Positions 1-13,294 are shown, counted from the first letter of the whole stretch. The stretch is DNA of 63,927 bases, filler included, from Octopus bimaculoides (GCF_001194135.2; 5 parts of 3 records of this genome joined end to end with filler, not necessarily neighbours in it); one strand, 5' to 3'. The notes: generated from the sequence alone by a model not told the origin. Numbers and translations are program-made.

Positions 1-353
1 TAATTAAATATATAAATGTGATTGTTAAACAGAAAGTTGCAAAATTCAGGACTCTAACTGATGCATTAAATATACTAGTATTAGGTCTCTTGAGTGCTCT
101 CCATGCACTTACAACATGGAGCTTTTCCAAAATATTATTGTACACAACACAAAATAATATTAAATAGGTAACTGCTAGAAACGACCAACTTACGTTATAA
201 ATTTGTTACAAAAACGGAAGATTAACTATAGAAGCTATATACCTGACGATATACAATGACATCAAAGCAAACACATGAAAAATGTAACACATGCCTACTG
301 ACATAAAAACCTAAACATGAAAATCTTAACCACCACAAATAAATCAACACATG

Positions 354-668
354 CAGTGGCGGATTGGGTCTAAAAATATTGTTTGTCAAGAGACTAAATG
401 GGCCCACCTGCAACTACAAGGGGACCAACCCGCAACTACAATCATTTAATTTTTTGCTTTTTTATTTTGCTAAAAGCATTCTTTGCAACTATCTACAAAC
501 ACAACCAGGATGAAATAATTAATGCATTCTTCCAGGAGTGAATAAAAATTCTCAAACTTGAGGGGACGGGCCCCTTAGAGACTAACATGAGCCCCTATAT
601 ATGGCTTCTAATGGCGCAGGGGCCCACTTGCCACCGGGCAAGCTGTCAACCTGGCCAGTGCGCCATTG
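354..668. mobile_element. hAT-type MITE (~315 bp) with 8-bp target-site duplication
   Basis: Left terminus CAGTGGCGGATTGG (354). The reverse complement of the right terminus reads CAATGGCGCACTGG (ends 668), 11/14 match. Flanks are AACACATG (346-353) and AACACGTG (669-676), an 8-bp TSD with one CpG-type mismatch. CAGTG termini with an 8-bp TSD are diagnostic of hAT. Confidence 0.8.
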
Positions 669-800
669 AACACGTGATTGCTGATTGATGGAGCTGTAAA
701 GTATCACCTGCACTTCTCACTTAATTGCCAGGGTCGTGTCATTCAGCTTCCAGTGAAACTGGGTCCCTATGTTAGTTAACATCTAACATATACATCGACC

Positions 801-1015
801 AAGATGGCGAGCTGGCAAAAACGTTAGCACGCCGGGCGAAATGCTTAGCGATATTTCGTCTGTCTTGACGTTCTGAGTTCAAATTCCATCGGGGTCGACT
901 TTGCCTTTCATCCTTGCGGGGACGATAAATTCAGTACCAGTTGCGTACTGGGGTCAATCTTTTCGACTGGCCTCCTCCCCCAAAATTTCGGGCCTTTTGC
1001 CTAGAGTATCAAAGA
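801..1015 (+). mobile_element. tRNA-derived SINE, family A, full length, tail type 1
   Basis: Head GGCGAGCTGGCAAAAACGTTAGC (A-box-like) and GAGTTCAAATTCC (B-box-like). More than 8 related copies occur in the window. A 15-bp TSD flanks it: ACATATACATCGACC (786-800) and ACATATAGATCGGCC (1016-1030). Confidence 0.9.
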
Positions 1016-1285
1016 ACATATAGATCGGCCGTTACTATTCTCTTTGTTACCTTTCTATAATGTAAATAGAGTTTTACCCGTAATAATATATTCTGCTCTA
1101 TATAAGAGTTTCTACATTCCAACAATTACAAGGCGAGCTAACCGAAGAACTCCGGTGAATCTCTTATAAAAGCAACTGAATCCATACCTTCGATATATCC
1201 AGCAGCCGAAAAACCTTGTGGTATATAAAAGTCTTGAATGCTCAGAGGCAACAGTACATATGTTTAATGAATACATCTTATACAT

Positions 1286-1287
<2 letters not shown>

Positions 1288-1354
<67 letters not shown>

Positions 1355-1364
1355 NNNNNNNNNN

Positions 1365-1405
<41 letters not shown>

Positions 1406-1417
1406 GTGTGTGTGTGT
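1288..1417. repeat. (TG)n microsatellite with a small internal gap
   Basis: Seen directly. Confidence 0.98.
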
Positions 1418-1580
1418 AGAGTTTTCAATTACTCTGTGTATTTAATTCTGTCTATGTTATACGCGCACTCTCGGATAAAAGCTAACATTTACACAAGTGT
1501 ATATTATACAGCATCCAAACGCAATCTGCTTAGCAAATAAATATACATAAACACCCACGTAGACACACATACACATATCC

Positions 1581-1617
<37 letters not shown>

Positions 1618-2137
1618 AAGAAAGAGGGAGAGGGAGAGACATGTATCTACGAATCGAATTGTACACATACACACATATTGATCAATAGATAGATAAATAG
1701 ATAGATAGATAGATAGACAGATACTCTTATCCCTGTATGCATGTGTCTATATACTTTCCATCAATATTTTCCCTCCAGAAACTATACACATAGGAAATAA
1801 GAAATATAAGATTTTATAAAACACTTTTTACTTCTTATTTTCTTGTCTTTTTTTTTTAATCTATTAAACTTGCTCATTGATTTTTTGCTTACTTTTATCT
1901 ACAAATGTATTTGTATGTATGCGGATGTATATGTTCACCTATGAGTGCATTTGCTTGTATGAAAATGTATATTTATATATGTNNNNNNNNNNNNNNNNNN
2001 NNNNNNNNNNNNNNNNNNNNNNNNNNNNNNNNATATATATATATATATATATATATATAGATATGCATATGCATAAAACATACATATGTATGCATATATA
2101 TATACATATATCTATATGGATATATATGTATATGTAT

Positions 2138-2168
<31 letters not shown>

Positions 2169-2461
2169 GAGGTTTTTCTGCACTTTAATCTTAGCCTAAA
2201 GCCATTTATATATATGATTTTTAATTGTAAAGCGAGATAATGCAAGTTATAAGAAATAATTCAGGTCGTTGCTCTGTACTTTAACATTGTGTTTCATATT
2301 TCATTCTTAGGGCCCTTTGTTCAGTAACCTTTGGAGAAATAGTGTTGCGTACCTGACTTCTTTATCGTATAGATTATGTGCGTGAATATGTGTATATCTG
2401 CACAAAACTTTCCAGTTATAATCTACATTTTCCAGGGAGAAGGCCTTTTTTGTGTGTGAGT

Positions 2462-2630
2462 AATCGATTACATCGATCCGAGCAGTTGACTGATACTTAG
2501 TTTCTTGGCCCCGAAAGGAAGCAAGGCAAAGTGGACCATGATGGAATTTGAACTCAGAACGTAAAGAGCTGCAATATATGCTGCTAAGCATTTTTCGTCC
2601 AGCTCACAAACGATTCTAGTAAGCTCTCCG
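2462..2630 (-). mobile_element. SINE family A, diverged copy
   Basis: GGAATTTGAACTCAGAACGTAAAG and GCTAAGCATTT match the reverse complement of the family A body at 801-1015. Confidence 0.8.
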
Positions 2631-2962
2631 CATTTACAGTTCCTATATAATACATTGGACATTAATGGAATTGAGTATCTCAGTCGAAGGAGCTTAAAAG
2701 CTAGTAACATAATTATGAAGTCACGATCCATAAACTAATGCAGACAAGATATAGATACTTCGCACACAGGGGAAACAGCGCCTAATTGAAAGAGAGATTC
2801 ACTACGTAAATGATAACAACTCTGTGTATAGATAAATATGTAGAACCATGCAAAGTGAAAATTACTGGTGGATCAGGAGAGAAAGAAAAGAATATTATGT
2901 GTGTGTGCGCGCTTGTGTGTATGTATGTGTGTATGTGTGTTAACAATGAATTACAATCTAAA

Positions 2963-3152
2963 CTGATTTCTAATTTTTACACAAGGCCAGCATCTTCGGA
3001 GGAGGAGATAAGTCGATTACACCGACCCCACTGCATAACTGGTACTTATTTTATCCAACCGGAAAGGATGAAAAGCTAAGTCGGCCTCAGAGGAATTTGA
3101 TTTCAGAATGTAAAGACGGACGAAATGCCGCTGAGCATTTAACCCCGCGTGG
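2963..3152 (-). mobile_element. SINE family A, 5'-truncated, with 16-bp TSD
   Basis: Reverse-complement match to family A. Flanked by TGAATTACAATCTAAA (2947-2962) and TGAACTACAATCTAAA (3153-3168). Confidence 0.85.
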
Positions 3153-3535
3153 TGAACTACAATCTAAATTACCAACATTATTATTGGTTTGTTTCACATT
3201 CACATATAACTTTTTCCATATTTCAGTTTCAAATTCCTTGTATTTGACAATTTCTCTACTGTTTTTCAGTCTGTATTTTAGTCAGAAGAAATTGTGATGT
3301 CTGTCAGAGTATAGAGGCGTTTGTTCCTGTCTTTAATTATTATGATTATATTTAGAATCTTCATTATGATCCCCTGTTCAATCTGAACAAGCATATCCGA
3401 GTTAATATCGGCCAGACTGTTGCTATGCGCTGAAGAATACATTTTGATACCCTTTCATATCCTCTTTACGTCGAAATATAAACATATTGCCCAATAGACA
3501 TGGATGCAGATTATGTTGTTTATTTCGTGCCTATA

Positions 3536-3944
3536 ACGCAGGAGTGGCTGTGTGGTAAGTAGCTTGTTTAATATCACATAGTTCTGGGTTCAGTCCCACT
3601 GCGTGGCACCTTGGGCAAGTGTCTTCTACTATAGCCTCGGGCCGACCAAAGCCTTGTGACTGGATTTGGTAGACGGAAACTGAAAGAAGCCCGTCGTATA
3701 TATATATGTGTATGTATATATATGTGTATGTGTGTTTGTGTGTCTGTGTTTGTCCCCCCAACATTGCTTGACAACCGACGGTGGTGTGTTTAGGTCCCCG
3801 TAACTTAGCGGTTCGGCAAAAGAGACCGATAGAATAAGTACTAGGCTTACAAAGAATAAGTCCTGGAGTCGATTTCCTCGACTAAAGGCGGTGCTCCAGC
3901 ATGGCCGCAGTCAAATGACTGAAACAAGTAAAAGAGTAAAAGAG
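3536..3944 (+). mobile_element. tRNA-derived bipartite SINE, family B, full length
   Basis: Head GGAGTGGCTGTGTGGTAAG...GGTTCAGTCCCAC, then a CORE-like ACCTTGGGCAAGTGTCTT and an internal TA/TG tract. The second module ends GGCGGTGCTCCAGCATGGCCGCAGTCAAATGACTGAAACAAGTAAAAGAG. Many copies in the window. Confidence 0.9.
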
Positions 3945-5420
3945 TTATAAGATATGTTTATCAACTTTTATGAACCACATCTCCCAAATCAGTTTCCTTT
4001 ACATGCAACCTAAGTCATTCTCTAGTCCGATACTTGCTACATTTTAAGCTGTTCGCTCTTTGTAATTAGGTCCCCGACATCCAAGTCTACAACTCTACAT
4101 ACTGAGAGGAGAGAATGAGTAGAAAACGATTGAGCTTCAAGGAGCTGAATATGAAGTATTTTGTTATCGTTACTCAATGTATTTTCAACCTGTAAGAAGG
4201 CCTGCAACGTTCCTTTGGTGAATGTGACGAAACGCTCCCATACTCATATGGACGCTGGCATATGACCAATAGGGAGAGGCAAATATACGTTCCAAAATAT
4301 AACAGTACTAGAATATATTGCTATTGTTGGGCCCTTTGACACCTCATTCGTTAAAGATGAGCGTTTATGTTAACTTTAAACAGATTTGTTAATCTGTAAA
4401 CCTTATTAATCTTGAAGATCTTATTAAATTTCAATATTACTATGAGTGATTTCTGTTGAAGCTTTCCCTTAACCACAAACATTTTCTTTAAACACAAACA
4501 CCCTCTTTCTCCACGATGTGAGATTTATTAATTTATTAAATCTTGTTCAGAGATATAAAACTCTTGATGTATTTCTCAAAGAATGAATAATAAAAGCAAT
4601 AATATGAAAAAGTGTAATACAGAGAGAGCATAAACAATAGAAACTACGAACAGTTGAATCAATTAAGATCAACGAGAAGAGAATTGAAACAACAAAAAAA
4701 ACCCATTACTAAGAATAATGCACATATACGTCAGTTGGCAGGACTGGGTGGGGAGAATTACATATCTTATAATGCAAATTCTGACAAAGGTATAATATTA
4801 ATATCATCGCTGGCAGAATTGTAAATAAATGATAGATTGGTTATGTTGTAGATGCGATGCTGTAATCATAGTAGACAGTTATGAAACAAGTCGAACATTA
4901 TTATTGTTGTGTAGAATTCATATGTGAATTTTATTGTGTTTATGTCTATATATTTATGTTTGCATGTATGTATGTATGTATGCAAGCGTTTATGTGTACT
5001 TGCGTACGTGGGTATTTATGTTTGTAGTAATGTATATAAGTACATGTTCATATTCGTGTGTATTTCAGGAAAAGAAACTGTGAATTATTCACGCCATAAT
5101 GCCTGGGTGAAACTGAGATGTAACGTTACGTAATATATCATGATATTACCAGAATATATAATATATGCACTGCGTACACACACGTGTATACATCTAAAGT
5201 GTTGTTATTGTACGTATACACACACACATAACAATGAGAGAAGGAACACGGGCATAACATGGCACACCTTTATTCCAACTGTTACGTGGGTTTCAGTATT
5301 CGACAATACATTACGTCACACTAAATATGCAGCCAATAGGTGTAGCTTATACGGCAAAAATGGAACAAAGACATCGTCAGACAGACATTGAAGATATACA
5401 TATGTATGTGTGTGTGTGTA

Positions 5421-5592
5421 GTGAGAATTTACAAAAAAATAAACGACGGAGTCGGGTGAGTAAACAACAAACAGATGTATTAGTTTAACACTCGGGAAAT
5501 GAGAAAGTCTTTTATGTTTCGAGCCTACGCTCTTCAACAGAAAGGAACACAGAAATAAACAGGGAGAGAAAATGGAAAATAGAAAATAGAAA
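5421..5592 (-). mobile_element. Penelope-type terminal repeat (family P1) carrying a minimal hammerhead-like motif at 5507-5547
   Basis: Near-identical to 21670-21826 and 61295-61424. The minus strand reads TTCCTTT CTGTTGA A GAGC GTAG GCTC GAAACATA AAAGAC. Confidence 0.7.
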
Positions 5593-5595
5593 AAT

Positions 5596-5760
5596 AGGAG
5601 TGGCTGTGAGGTAAGTAGCTTGCTTACCAACCACATGGTTCCGGGTTCATTCCCAATGCGTGGAACCTTGGGCAAGTGTCTTCCACTATAGCCTCGGGCC
5701 GACCAAAGCCTTGTGAGTGATTTTGGTAGACGGAAACTGAAAGAAGCCTGTCGTATATAT
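5596..5760 (+). mobile_element. SINE family B, head module only
   Basis: High identity to 3540-3700; ends in the TA tract. Confidence 0.9.
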
Positions 5761-7107
5761 GTCGTAAAATAGTTTATAGAAAACAGAATACACATAGAAT
5801 GTTCACTTTTTTAATCATTGTGCGAACAGGCATATGATGTTGAGAGATTTCAAGCCTGCCACTATCAAAGCGACATGACGTTTCTCTTAAAAGAGTTCCT
5901 GGTGTTTGTATATATGTGATATTGAGTTGGTGTGTTGGTTGAACATTCGATGCACACACCTAAGTGTAAGCTTCTATTAACATTAGAATCTCAGGTGGAG
6001 AATTCTTTGGTACGTATGTATGTATGCATTTATGTATGTATGTATGTAAGTATGTATGTACTGGGGAACAGATATATGTCACGCTCGTGAAGGACAATTA
6101 CTTAGTTTTGATCATCACACGAACCATCATCAGATGTCGATTAATTTAGACTTCATTTCTGAGAGCCAGTAGAGCCTAACAATCTATGCATAACATGAAC
6201 GTCCTTACGCTAAACTCGACCTGAATGTTTTTCACAGTTTTAGAAAGTTGACCATGCATATGAATTAATTGGACCACCGGCACTGCGTTTTTGATATTAA
6301 AACTGTAAACAACGTTATGCTCATATGTTTTATAAACATATTTTTGGCATCGTTCTGAAAATAGACCCTCTGGGTATACGATGGTGCTCTTAACCCAAAA
6401 TATCGATTATACGCCTTGTACAATATTCCTGCTAGTTGAAAGACTTATGGTCTATATTATAGGAAAATTGCATTTACTTGGACGTTTTCCAGAATATGTA
6501 AGCAGTAAAATGTTGTGCGTTTATATTTGTTTAGATATACTTAAATATAAAAAGGCTTTTTCTGTAATGAACGTCAATCCCTGGACCAATGAAAATATTA
6601 TTTTTATCCATATTTCCATTGGAAATCAGGGATGAATGATATTTAATAAAAGTGAATATACTTGGCGCAATACACGAACACACACGTGCATACATTGACA
6701 GAGGCAAAGGTGTTCCATGCTTTTGGTATGCAAGCCGGCGGGGCTCGCTCTGAGCACTCTAATTTTCTTCTTTGCTTTTCTATTTAGAAATATCATCAGT
6801 TTGTTTTTGAAATTAATAAAATTAGCCATTAGGTTAATTTTGGCTGATAATTCTTCATAAAAATTTGTGTCGCCGAGTTTCATATATTTCTTCCTGTAAT
6901 GGTATGGTGACGTACCTTATGTTAGACCCTTTTTCTATGATAAAGATGTCTATAAAAAAACTAACTCTACTAATTTTCTTCCTTCCTTTAATCAACAGTA
7001 AATCCATTTGGCATAAATGTGATGTTTCCACTCATGATTCTACGTGACATTTGCCAAGTTTACCAGAAAACCTCAAAGATACTGAATAGTATCATATGAA
7101 TGAGTTT

Positions 7108-7147
<40 letters not shown>

Positions 7148-8329
7148 NNNNNNNNNNNNNNNNNNNNNNNNNNNNNNNNNNNNNNNNNNNNNNNNNNNNN
7201 NNNNNNNNNNNNNNNNNNNNNNNNNNNNNNNNNNNNNNNNNNNNNNNNNNNNNNNNNNNNNNNNNNNNNNNNNNNNNNNNNNNNNNNNNNNNNNNNNNNN
7301 NNNNNNNNNNNNNNNNNNNNNNNNNNNNNNNNNNNNNNNNNNNNNNNNNNNNNNNNNNNNNNNNNNNNNNNNNNNNNNNNNNNNNNNNNNNNNNNNNNNN
7401 NNNNNNNNNNNNNNNNNNNNNNNNNNNNNNNNNNNNNNNNNNNNNNNNNNNNNNNNNNNNNNNNNNNNNNNNNNNNNNNNNNNNNNNNNNNNNNNNNNNN
7501 NNNNNNNNNNNNNNNNNNNNNNNNNNNNNNNNNNNNNNNNNNNNNNNNNNNNNNNNNNNNNNNNNNNNNNNNNNNNNNNNNNNNNNNNNNNNNNNNNNNN
7601 NNNNNNNNNNNNNNNNNNNNNATATATATATAAGCATGCCAATTTTCTTGAATAACACAGCAAAAGTTTATTTGGCAAAATTAGATGACTGCTCAGCTTT
7701 CCGAGAGAAAAAAAGAAAGAAACAGGGAAAAAAATGAAGTTCGTAAGTTGGTTGAGTTCTATGAAATTATGATTAATCAGTTATGACTGAATCACAACTA
7801 GCTAATATAGAAAATATTTGATCGAATCGAGTTGCTACCGTACATGACTGACGCATCATTTATCATATATCATTCCGTGCTAGTTCATAGAAAATTGCCT
7901 GGAAACCAACAAAAGGAAACCAACGGTCACTCATTTCAACACACGCTCACACACACAGACACGCACATATATACATACATATGCACTCATTTGCACACAC
8001 ATACATACACACGCATTCTGTTATTGAATGTGTGTTCTGTCCGTATATGGTCAGCAGGCATCTCAAAATTATAAATATAGCTAAGTGTGTAAATATTTAC
8101 AAAGAGGTTTTAGCATTTTTTATCTTGTCTTGGTTTATCGTTTTTATTTTTCTTTCTAAATTTCCATATTTAATGGTACATTAATGTACTGGATAACATT
8201 GTTTCTTTTAATATATTTTTTTTTTTACTAGCATTGCCTTTTGTCTCTGTATACTGATATTTCTCTCTCAAATCATTATCACCACAACTACCACCACCAC
8301 CATCATCATCATCATCATTATTGTTTTTG

Positions 8330-8956
8330 TTGTTTTACTTCTCAGAGCGCTCAGTCTTGTTTGCTCTGTTTTCTTTTTTATTCCGTGAGAGCAGACAGTC
8401 GCCTGTCGCGAGAGGTCTCACAGAGTCTCTTTACGCACCTCATAAGTTTCGATACTTGGTTGTTGATTACCGTAGAAGACATCCAACATCCAATTAACTA
8501 TCTCAAAATCCTAGCTGTCCACAGCATAGCCGGCTTTTGGAGCTTGGTCTGCTCTCATGTCAATTCCGAATTTTCAGACATATTTCTCGAAATTGGTTGT
8601 TAGTGCTCCGAGTGCCCCTACAACCACTGGAATGACAGACACTTTCCTCACAGTCCACATTCTGGCTATTTCATCTTTTAGTAGTCAGTACTATTCAATC
8701 TTTACTAGTTCTTCGTCACTTATGCGTGTATCCCCTCGTACTGCAATATCCATGATCTTGGTTTCCTTTCTCCTTTATCTACCACAACAATATCTGGTCT
8801 CCGGAGTATCTGTTAGGGAGTCACATTCCATTGTAAAATCCCAAAGTACTTTATATTCACTGTTCTTAGTAACTCCTGGTTCAGTTTCGTACCATTTACG
8901 TGCTCTGTTCAGGCCGTACTTTTCACATAATCTCAAGTGGACGAACTTTGTAACTC
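8330..8956 (-). mobile_element. R4/Dong-like non-LTR retrotransposon 3' fragment with a decayed restriction-like endonuclease domain
   Basis: The minus strand translates as VHLRLCEKYGLNRARKWYETEPGVTKNSEYKVLWDFTMECD. After a frameshift it continues RPDIVVVDKGERKTKIMDIAVRGD...LKDEIARMWTVRKVSVIPVVVGALGALTTNFEKYV...WTARILR. This is the PD-(D/E)xK C-terminus typical of REL-bearing site-specific LINEs. Contains stops and frameshifts. Confidence 0.85.
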
Positions 8957-9260
8957 TCGCTCTCTCTCTCTCTCTCTCTCTTTCTCTTCCTCTCTCTCCC
9001 TCTTTATTTTTCCCTGTCTCTCTCTCTCTACACACACACAAACACACACACACATATATATATTATATTATATTATATTAGCTGAAAAATATACACTATA
9101 TACCCGCTAATTCAGAAGCCTAGTACGGATGCTTTGTTCCAGCTTCGGTTGTGAACAAGGAACCAAACGGATGACTAATTATAGCACTTACTCAGCGTGC
9201 CTATTCGCTTAGAACACCAGTGAACTAACCCCCTCATATTCTACATAGACAAACTCTCAC

Positions 9261-9302
<42 letters not shown>

Positions 9303-9346
9303 NNNNNNNNNNNNNNNNNNNNNNNNNNNNNNNNNNNNNNNNNNNN

Positions 9347-9358
9347 TTAATTAATTAA
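9347..9358. other. Assembly gap linker TTAATTAATTAA between two 44-N runs (also 31169-31180, 50101-50112, 62823-62834)
   Basis: Four identical 44N + 12-mer + 44N blocks of 100 bp. The palindrome places TAA stops in all six frames. An artefact, not genomic sequence. Confidence 0.95.
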
Positions 9359-9522
9359 NNNNNNNNNNNNNNNNNNNNNNNNNNNNNNNNNNNNNNNNNN
9401 NNGGAGATATGAAATAATATGAATCCTGGCAGCTAAAAAGCGATCGTGAGTGTATGTGATATTGCAAGATAATTAAACAGTTACGTAATTATAAGTGCCT
9501 TTAAAATATAGAGTCTTATTAA

Positions 9523-9742
9523 CCTTTTCATTACTAACCCGGCTGAAACCGGTTCGGCTCTGAGTACAAATATCTTGTTTTCATAAGTTTTGAATCAAAA
9601 CCTTCCACCAAAAAAAAAACAAAAAAACAAAAAAAAAACACTAGCTAAATGATAACTAAGTAATTTTACTAAATTCTTTGTCATATTTAAAGTAATTGAA
9701 AGAAACACAGAGCATCTCAAAATAAATATGGTAACCAAAGGG
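9523..9742. mobile_element. piggyBac-type MITE (~220 bp) with TTAA TSD
   Basis: TTAA (9519-9522), then CCTTTTCATTAC ... GTAACCAAAGGG, then TTAA (9743-9746). Imperfect CC(C/T)TT-starting TIRs. Confidence 0.75.
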
Positions 9743-10097
9743 TTAAGGCAGCGAATTGAGTCGTTAGGGTAGAAAACCTCCCGCTCTCTTTTCACTCTTA
9801 GTTCAAATACCGCTGGTGCCAATTTTTGCTTTTTATCTCATTTTGGAGATGTGGCTTGGTGGAACTGAATGAAAATGGTACAGGATACCTTGCAGCAGCT
9901 TATGTTCTGGGTTCAAATTCAGCCATGGCCTCCATGAGTGGTAGATTTAACCTGTCACCCAATAACACCATAATCTAGTATCTTGGATGTCTGAAGCGAG
10001 CCTTCATCTTTTGCGAGTGTTTGAACCAGGTTTCCGGTTTGAGGATATCTTCCTCTCTCCCTTTCACTAGCCTTTCTTGGAGGCACTTGGATAGGTC

Positions 10098-10303
10098 ATA
10101 GGAACAGCCTGTGTGGTAAGGCGTTTGTCTCCTAAGCACATGGTTTTGGGTTCAGTTCCAAGTGTCTTCTTTTTGGCTTCGGGCCGAGCAAATCCTTATG
10201 AGTGGATTTGGTAGATGAAAACTGAAAGAAGAAAATAACAAATACAATTCTTCAAAGATGTGCTCCAGCATGGCCGCAGTCTAATGACTGAAACAAGCGA
10301 AAG
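10098..10303 (+). mobile_element. SINE family B, internally deleted
   Basis: The head module is joined almost directly to the terminal GTGCTCCAGCATGGCCGCAGTCTAATGACTGAAACAAG. Confidence 0.8.
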
Positions 10304-10808
10304 ATATATATATATATATATATATCCACATACATAAATGCATGCGTACACTTTTTCTTTTGAGAAATGTAGCTTTTCATCCTATTTACATCAATGGAGA
10401 TGCAGTTGCTTTAACTTCAATGGAATTGCAGCCGATCTTTGATAAATATTCTCGCGGCAGAATTGAATTCAACTCTGCGAACCAACGTCATAGAGTCAAC
10501 CGATCTTACCCCTTCCCTACCTGGTTTACCGGCTTTGTTTCCATATAATTAATAATCATAATAGCCGGGAAAGTTTATCAATCATTGGAAGAAGATAAGA
10601 TGAAAAGCAGTTAGAAGTTCAGTTAAAAGATGAGCTCGCCATGTTGGTACACGACGTCATCAATGCGCGGTTGTCAGATGTTCTCCAATAAACCAATCAG
10701 GTATGAGAACGCACGCGGGCATACATACACGCACGCACACACAAGAAAACACAGACACACAGACACACGCACAAATATATGTATATGCATAGACACATAC
10801 ACACAGAA

Positions 10809-10840
<32 letters not shown>

Positions 10841-11097
10841 GNNNNNNNNNNTATGTGTATACACACACACACACACACTTCACATACACACACACATTCT
10901 AGAATTGGAATGTTTCAGGCACACCGGTATTTTGAGAAATTTGTGATTACAATTCTTTGATCAGATATTCACAAAGTCACTCTAACGGAGAAGGAAATAC
11001 AGATAAAAGCACATTAAAACGAATACAGTATCAACATACATACATACATACATACATACATACATACATACATACATAGGTTTGTTTGCATGTATGA

Positions 11098-11141
<44 letters not shown>

Positions 11142-11740
11142 NNNNNNNNNNNNNNNNNNNNNNNNNNNNNNNNNNNNNNNNNNNNNNNNNNNNNNNNNNN
11201 NNNNNNNNNNNNNNNNNNNNNNNNNNNNNNNNNNNNNNNNNNNNNNNNNNNNNNNNNNNNNNNNNNNNNNNNNNNNNNNNNNNNNNNNNNNNNNNNNNNN
11301 NNNNNNNNNNNNNNNNNNNNNNNNNNNNNNNNNNNNNNNNNNNNNNNNNNNNNNNNNNNNNNNNNNNNNNNNNNNNNNNNNNNNNNNNNNNNNNNNNNNN
11401 NNNNNNNNNNNNNNNNNNNNNNNNNNNNNNNNNNNNNNNNNNNNNNNNNNNNNNNNNNNNNNNNNNNNNNNNNNNNNNNNNNNNNNNNNNNNNNNNNNNN
11501 NNNNNNNNNNNNNNNNNNNNNNNNNNNNNNNNNNNNNNNNNNNNNNNNNNNNNNNNNNNNNNNNNNNNNNNNNNNNNNNNNNNNNNNNNNNNNNNNNNNN
11601 NNNNNNNNNNNNNNNNNNNNNNNNNNNNNNNNNNNNNNNNNNNNNNNNNNNNNNNNNNNNNNNNNNNNNNNNNNNNNNNNNNNNNNNNNNNNNNNNNNNN
11701 NNNNNNNNNNNNNNNNNNNNNNNNNNNNNNNNNNNNNNNN

Positions 11741-11779
<39 letters not shown>

Positions 11780-13066
11780 TGTATGTATATATGTTGCTTT
11801 GTAAGAGTTATTGCTAAAAGAGTTCAAGTGCCTCTTTCCCATTCTTTTTATAACAATGGTCGTTATGAAGAAACTGGTTACAAATTGAGAAACTATTCGG
11901 TAAATCTACTAAAATCTATTGAAACTTTCTTCGTAATGGTTATTACTTACTTCAATGCTATGATACTCCGGTAATGGATGAGAGAGAAAGAGGGGGAGAT
12001 AGAGAGAGAGAGAGAGATAAAGAGAGAGAGATAAAGAGAGAGATATAAAGAGAGAGAGATAAAGAGAGAGAGATACAAAGAGAGAGAGAGAGAGAGAAGC
12101 CGTTAGCAAAGTCATTACTTTTTGCATAGAAAATCGTATCACGTTCAATATCATACTATAACACGGTTTGGTATGATACACATACGCACACACATATATA
12201 TACAATTACATACACAGAGACACTCATGCACGCACACACACACACACATATATATATACATACACATACATATACACACTCAAAATGTATATTGATATAC
12301 ATCCAAAGATCTATCTGTTTATTTACCCACCTCTCTCATGCTTTCTATGTGTCTGTCTGTCTTGCTTTATTCAAATTTTCTCCCCCGCGCTCTATTCTTC
12401 CCATCTCTCTCTGTTCTCTGTTTCTACATACATACATACATACATATATATATATATCACAGTCAAGCAGTTGTAACAAACACCCGTAGTTACTGAAATA
12501 GTTATAGGGAACAAAATTACGATTTAATATCGCAATTATTTTCTATCTATTATTGATTCTTGAAACTTCAAAACAAGGAAATAATTTCGGAAGTTCGATA
12601 AAAATATACCGAAATGTCATTGGCTTAAAATGCGAACGGTTCAGTTTGAAATGTTTAAGTAATAACGAGTAGATAAAGCAAAACAGCTCGAAGTCACGAA
12701 ATTTCTCTCTGTTTATGGTGAACAAATATGGCGAAGTAAAGGAGATGTTGTAGAGTAAAAGGTTAGCTTCCGGTAAAGCGAGTCTGTAACTTAATTTAGA
12801 TTTTTGATTGAAGTCAATTACCTCCAACATCGTTACTAATGTCATTGGGAGAATGCTTTGAAGTCATGGCGTCACATTCCTCTTAACCTGTAAATTTATA
12901 AGGTCGTGACTGGGTAGAAGAAACTATAGACTGTCTGCACTAAATGAGGTACAAGTATTCGGTTTCGATCCCTTGGGTTTTTCGTCCAGATCACTTTCGT
13001 GGTTGATCTTGCCTTTTATCTTTTCGGAGGTGCTCGAATGAAAATAGCAGTTATACATTGGAATGT

Positions 13067-13294
13067 GTGAAGGCGCGTGGCTTAGTGATTAGGGAAACCC
13101 GCTCACGATCGTAAGGTCGCGATTCCCGGAAACGCGTTGTGTCCTTGAGCAAGACACTTTACTTCACGTTGCTCCAGTTCGTTCAGCCGGCAAAAATGAG
13201 TTGTACCTGTAATTCAAAGGGCCAGCATTCTCACATTCTGCGTCACACTGAATCTCCTTGTTAACTACGTTAAGAGTACGCGTGTCTGTGGAGT
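13067..13294 (+). mobile_element. tRNA-derived SINE family C with CORE-like domain
   Basis: GTGAAGGCGCGTGGCTTAGTG head and TTGTGTCCTTGAGCAAGACACTTTACTTCACGTTGCTCCAG core. Matches the reverse complement of 63498-63645. Confidence 0.8.

Noticed and set aside
801-900. tRNA-like A and B boxes in SINE heads
   Set aside because: No complete cloverleaf with acceptor stem; these are SINE promoters, not tRNA genes.
1101-1168. CCGAAGA-hairpin-GAAT motif inside a 12-bp imperfect inverted repeat
   Set aside because: GAAA is broken and there is no helix III; too short to separate from chance.
4037-4189. Minus-strand acceptor followed by 50 open codons (VENTLSNDNKILHIQLL...)
   Set aside because: No recognisable homology and no partner exon; an open frame this long is expected by chance.
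6092-6140. Degenerate minus-strand CTGATGA...AAAACTAAGTA
   Set aside because: G12 is missing and stem II is poor; possibly a dead PLE terminus but not supportable.
6774-6799. Minus-strand CTGATGA-TATTT/AAATA-GAAA hammerhead-like core
   Set aside because: No helix III with an NUH site and no stem I; an A/U-only stem in AT-rich DNA is likely chance.
10630-10730. CpG-richer patch with a CRE-like half site, a YY1-like CAACATGGCG and a CCAAT box (also ATGGCGGCG near 34097, 39593 and 44940)
   Set aside because: Short motifs with no supported transcript or downstream exon; cannot be called a promoter from sequence alone.
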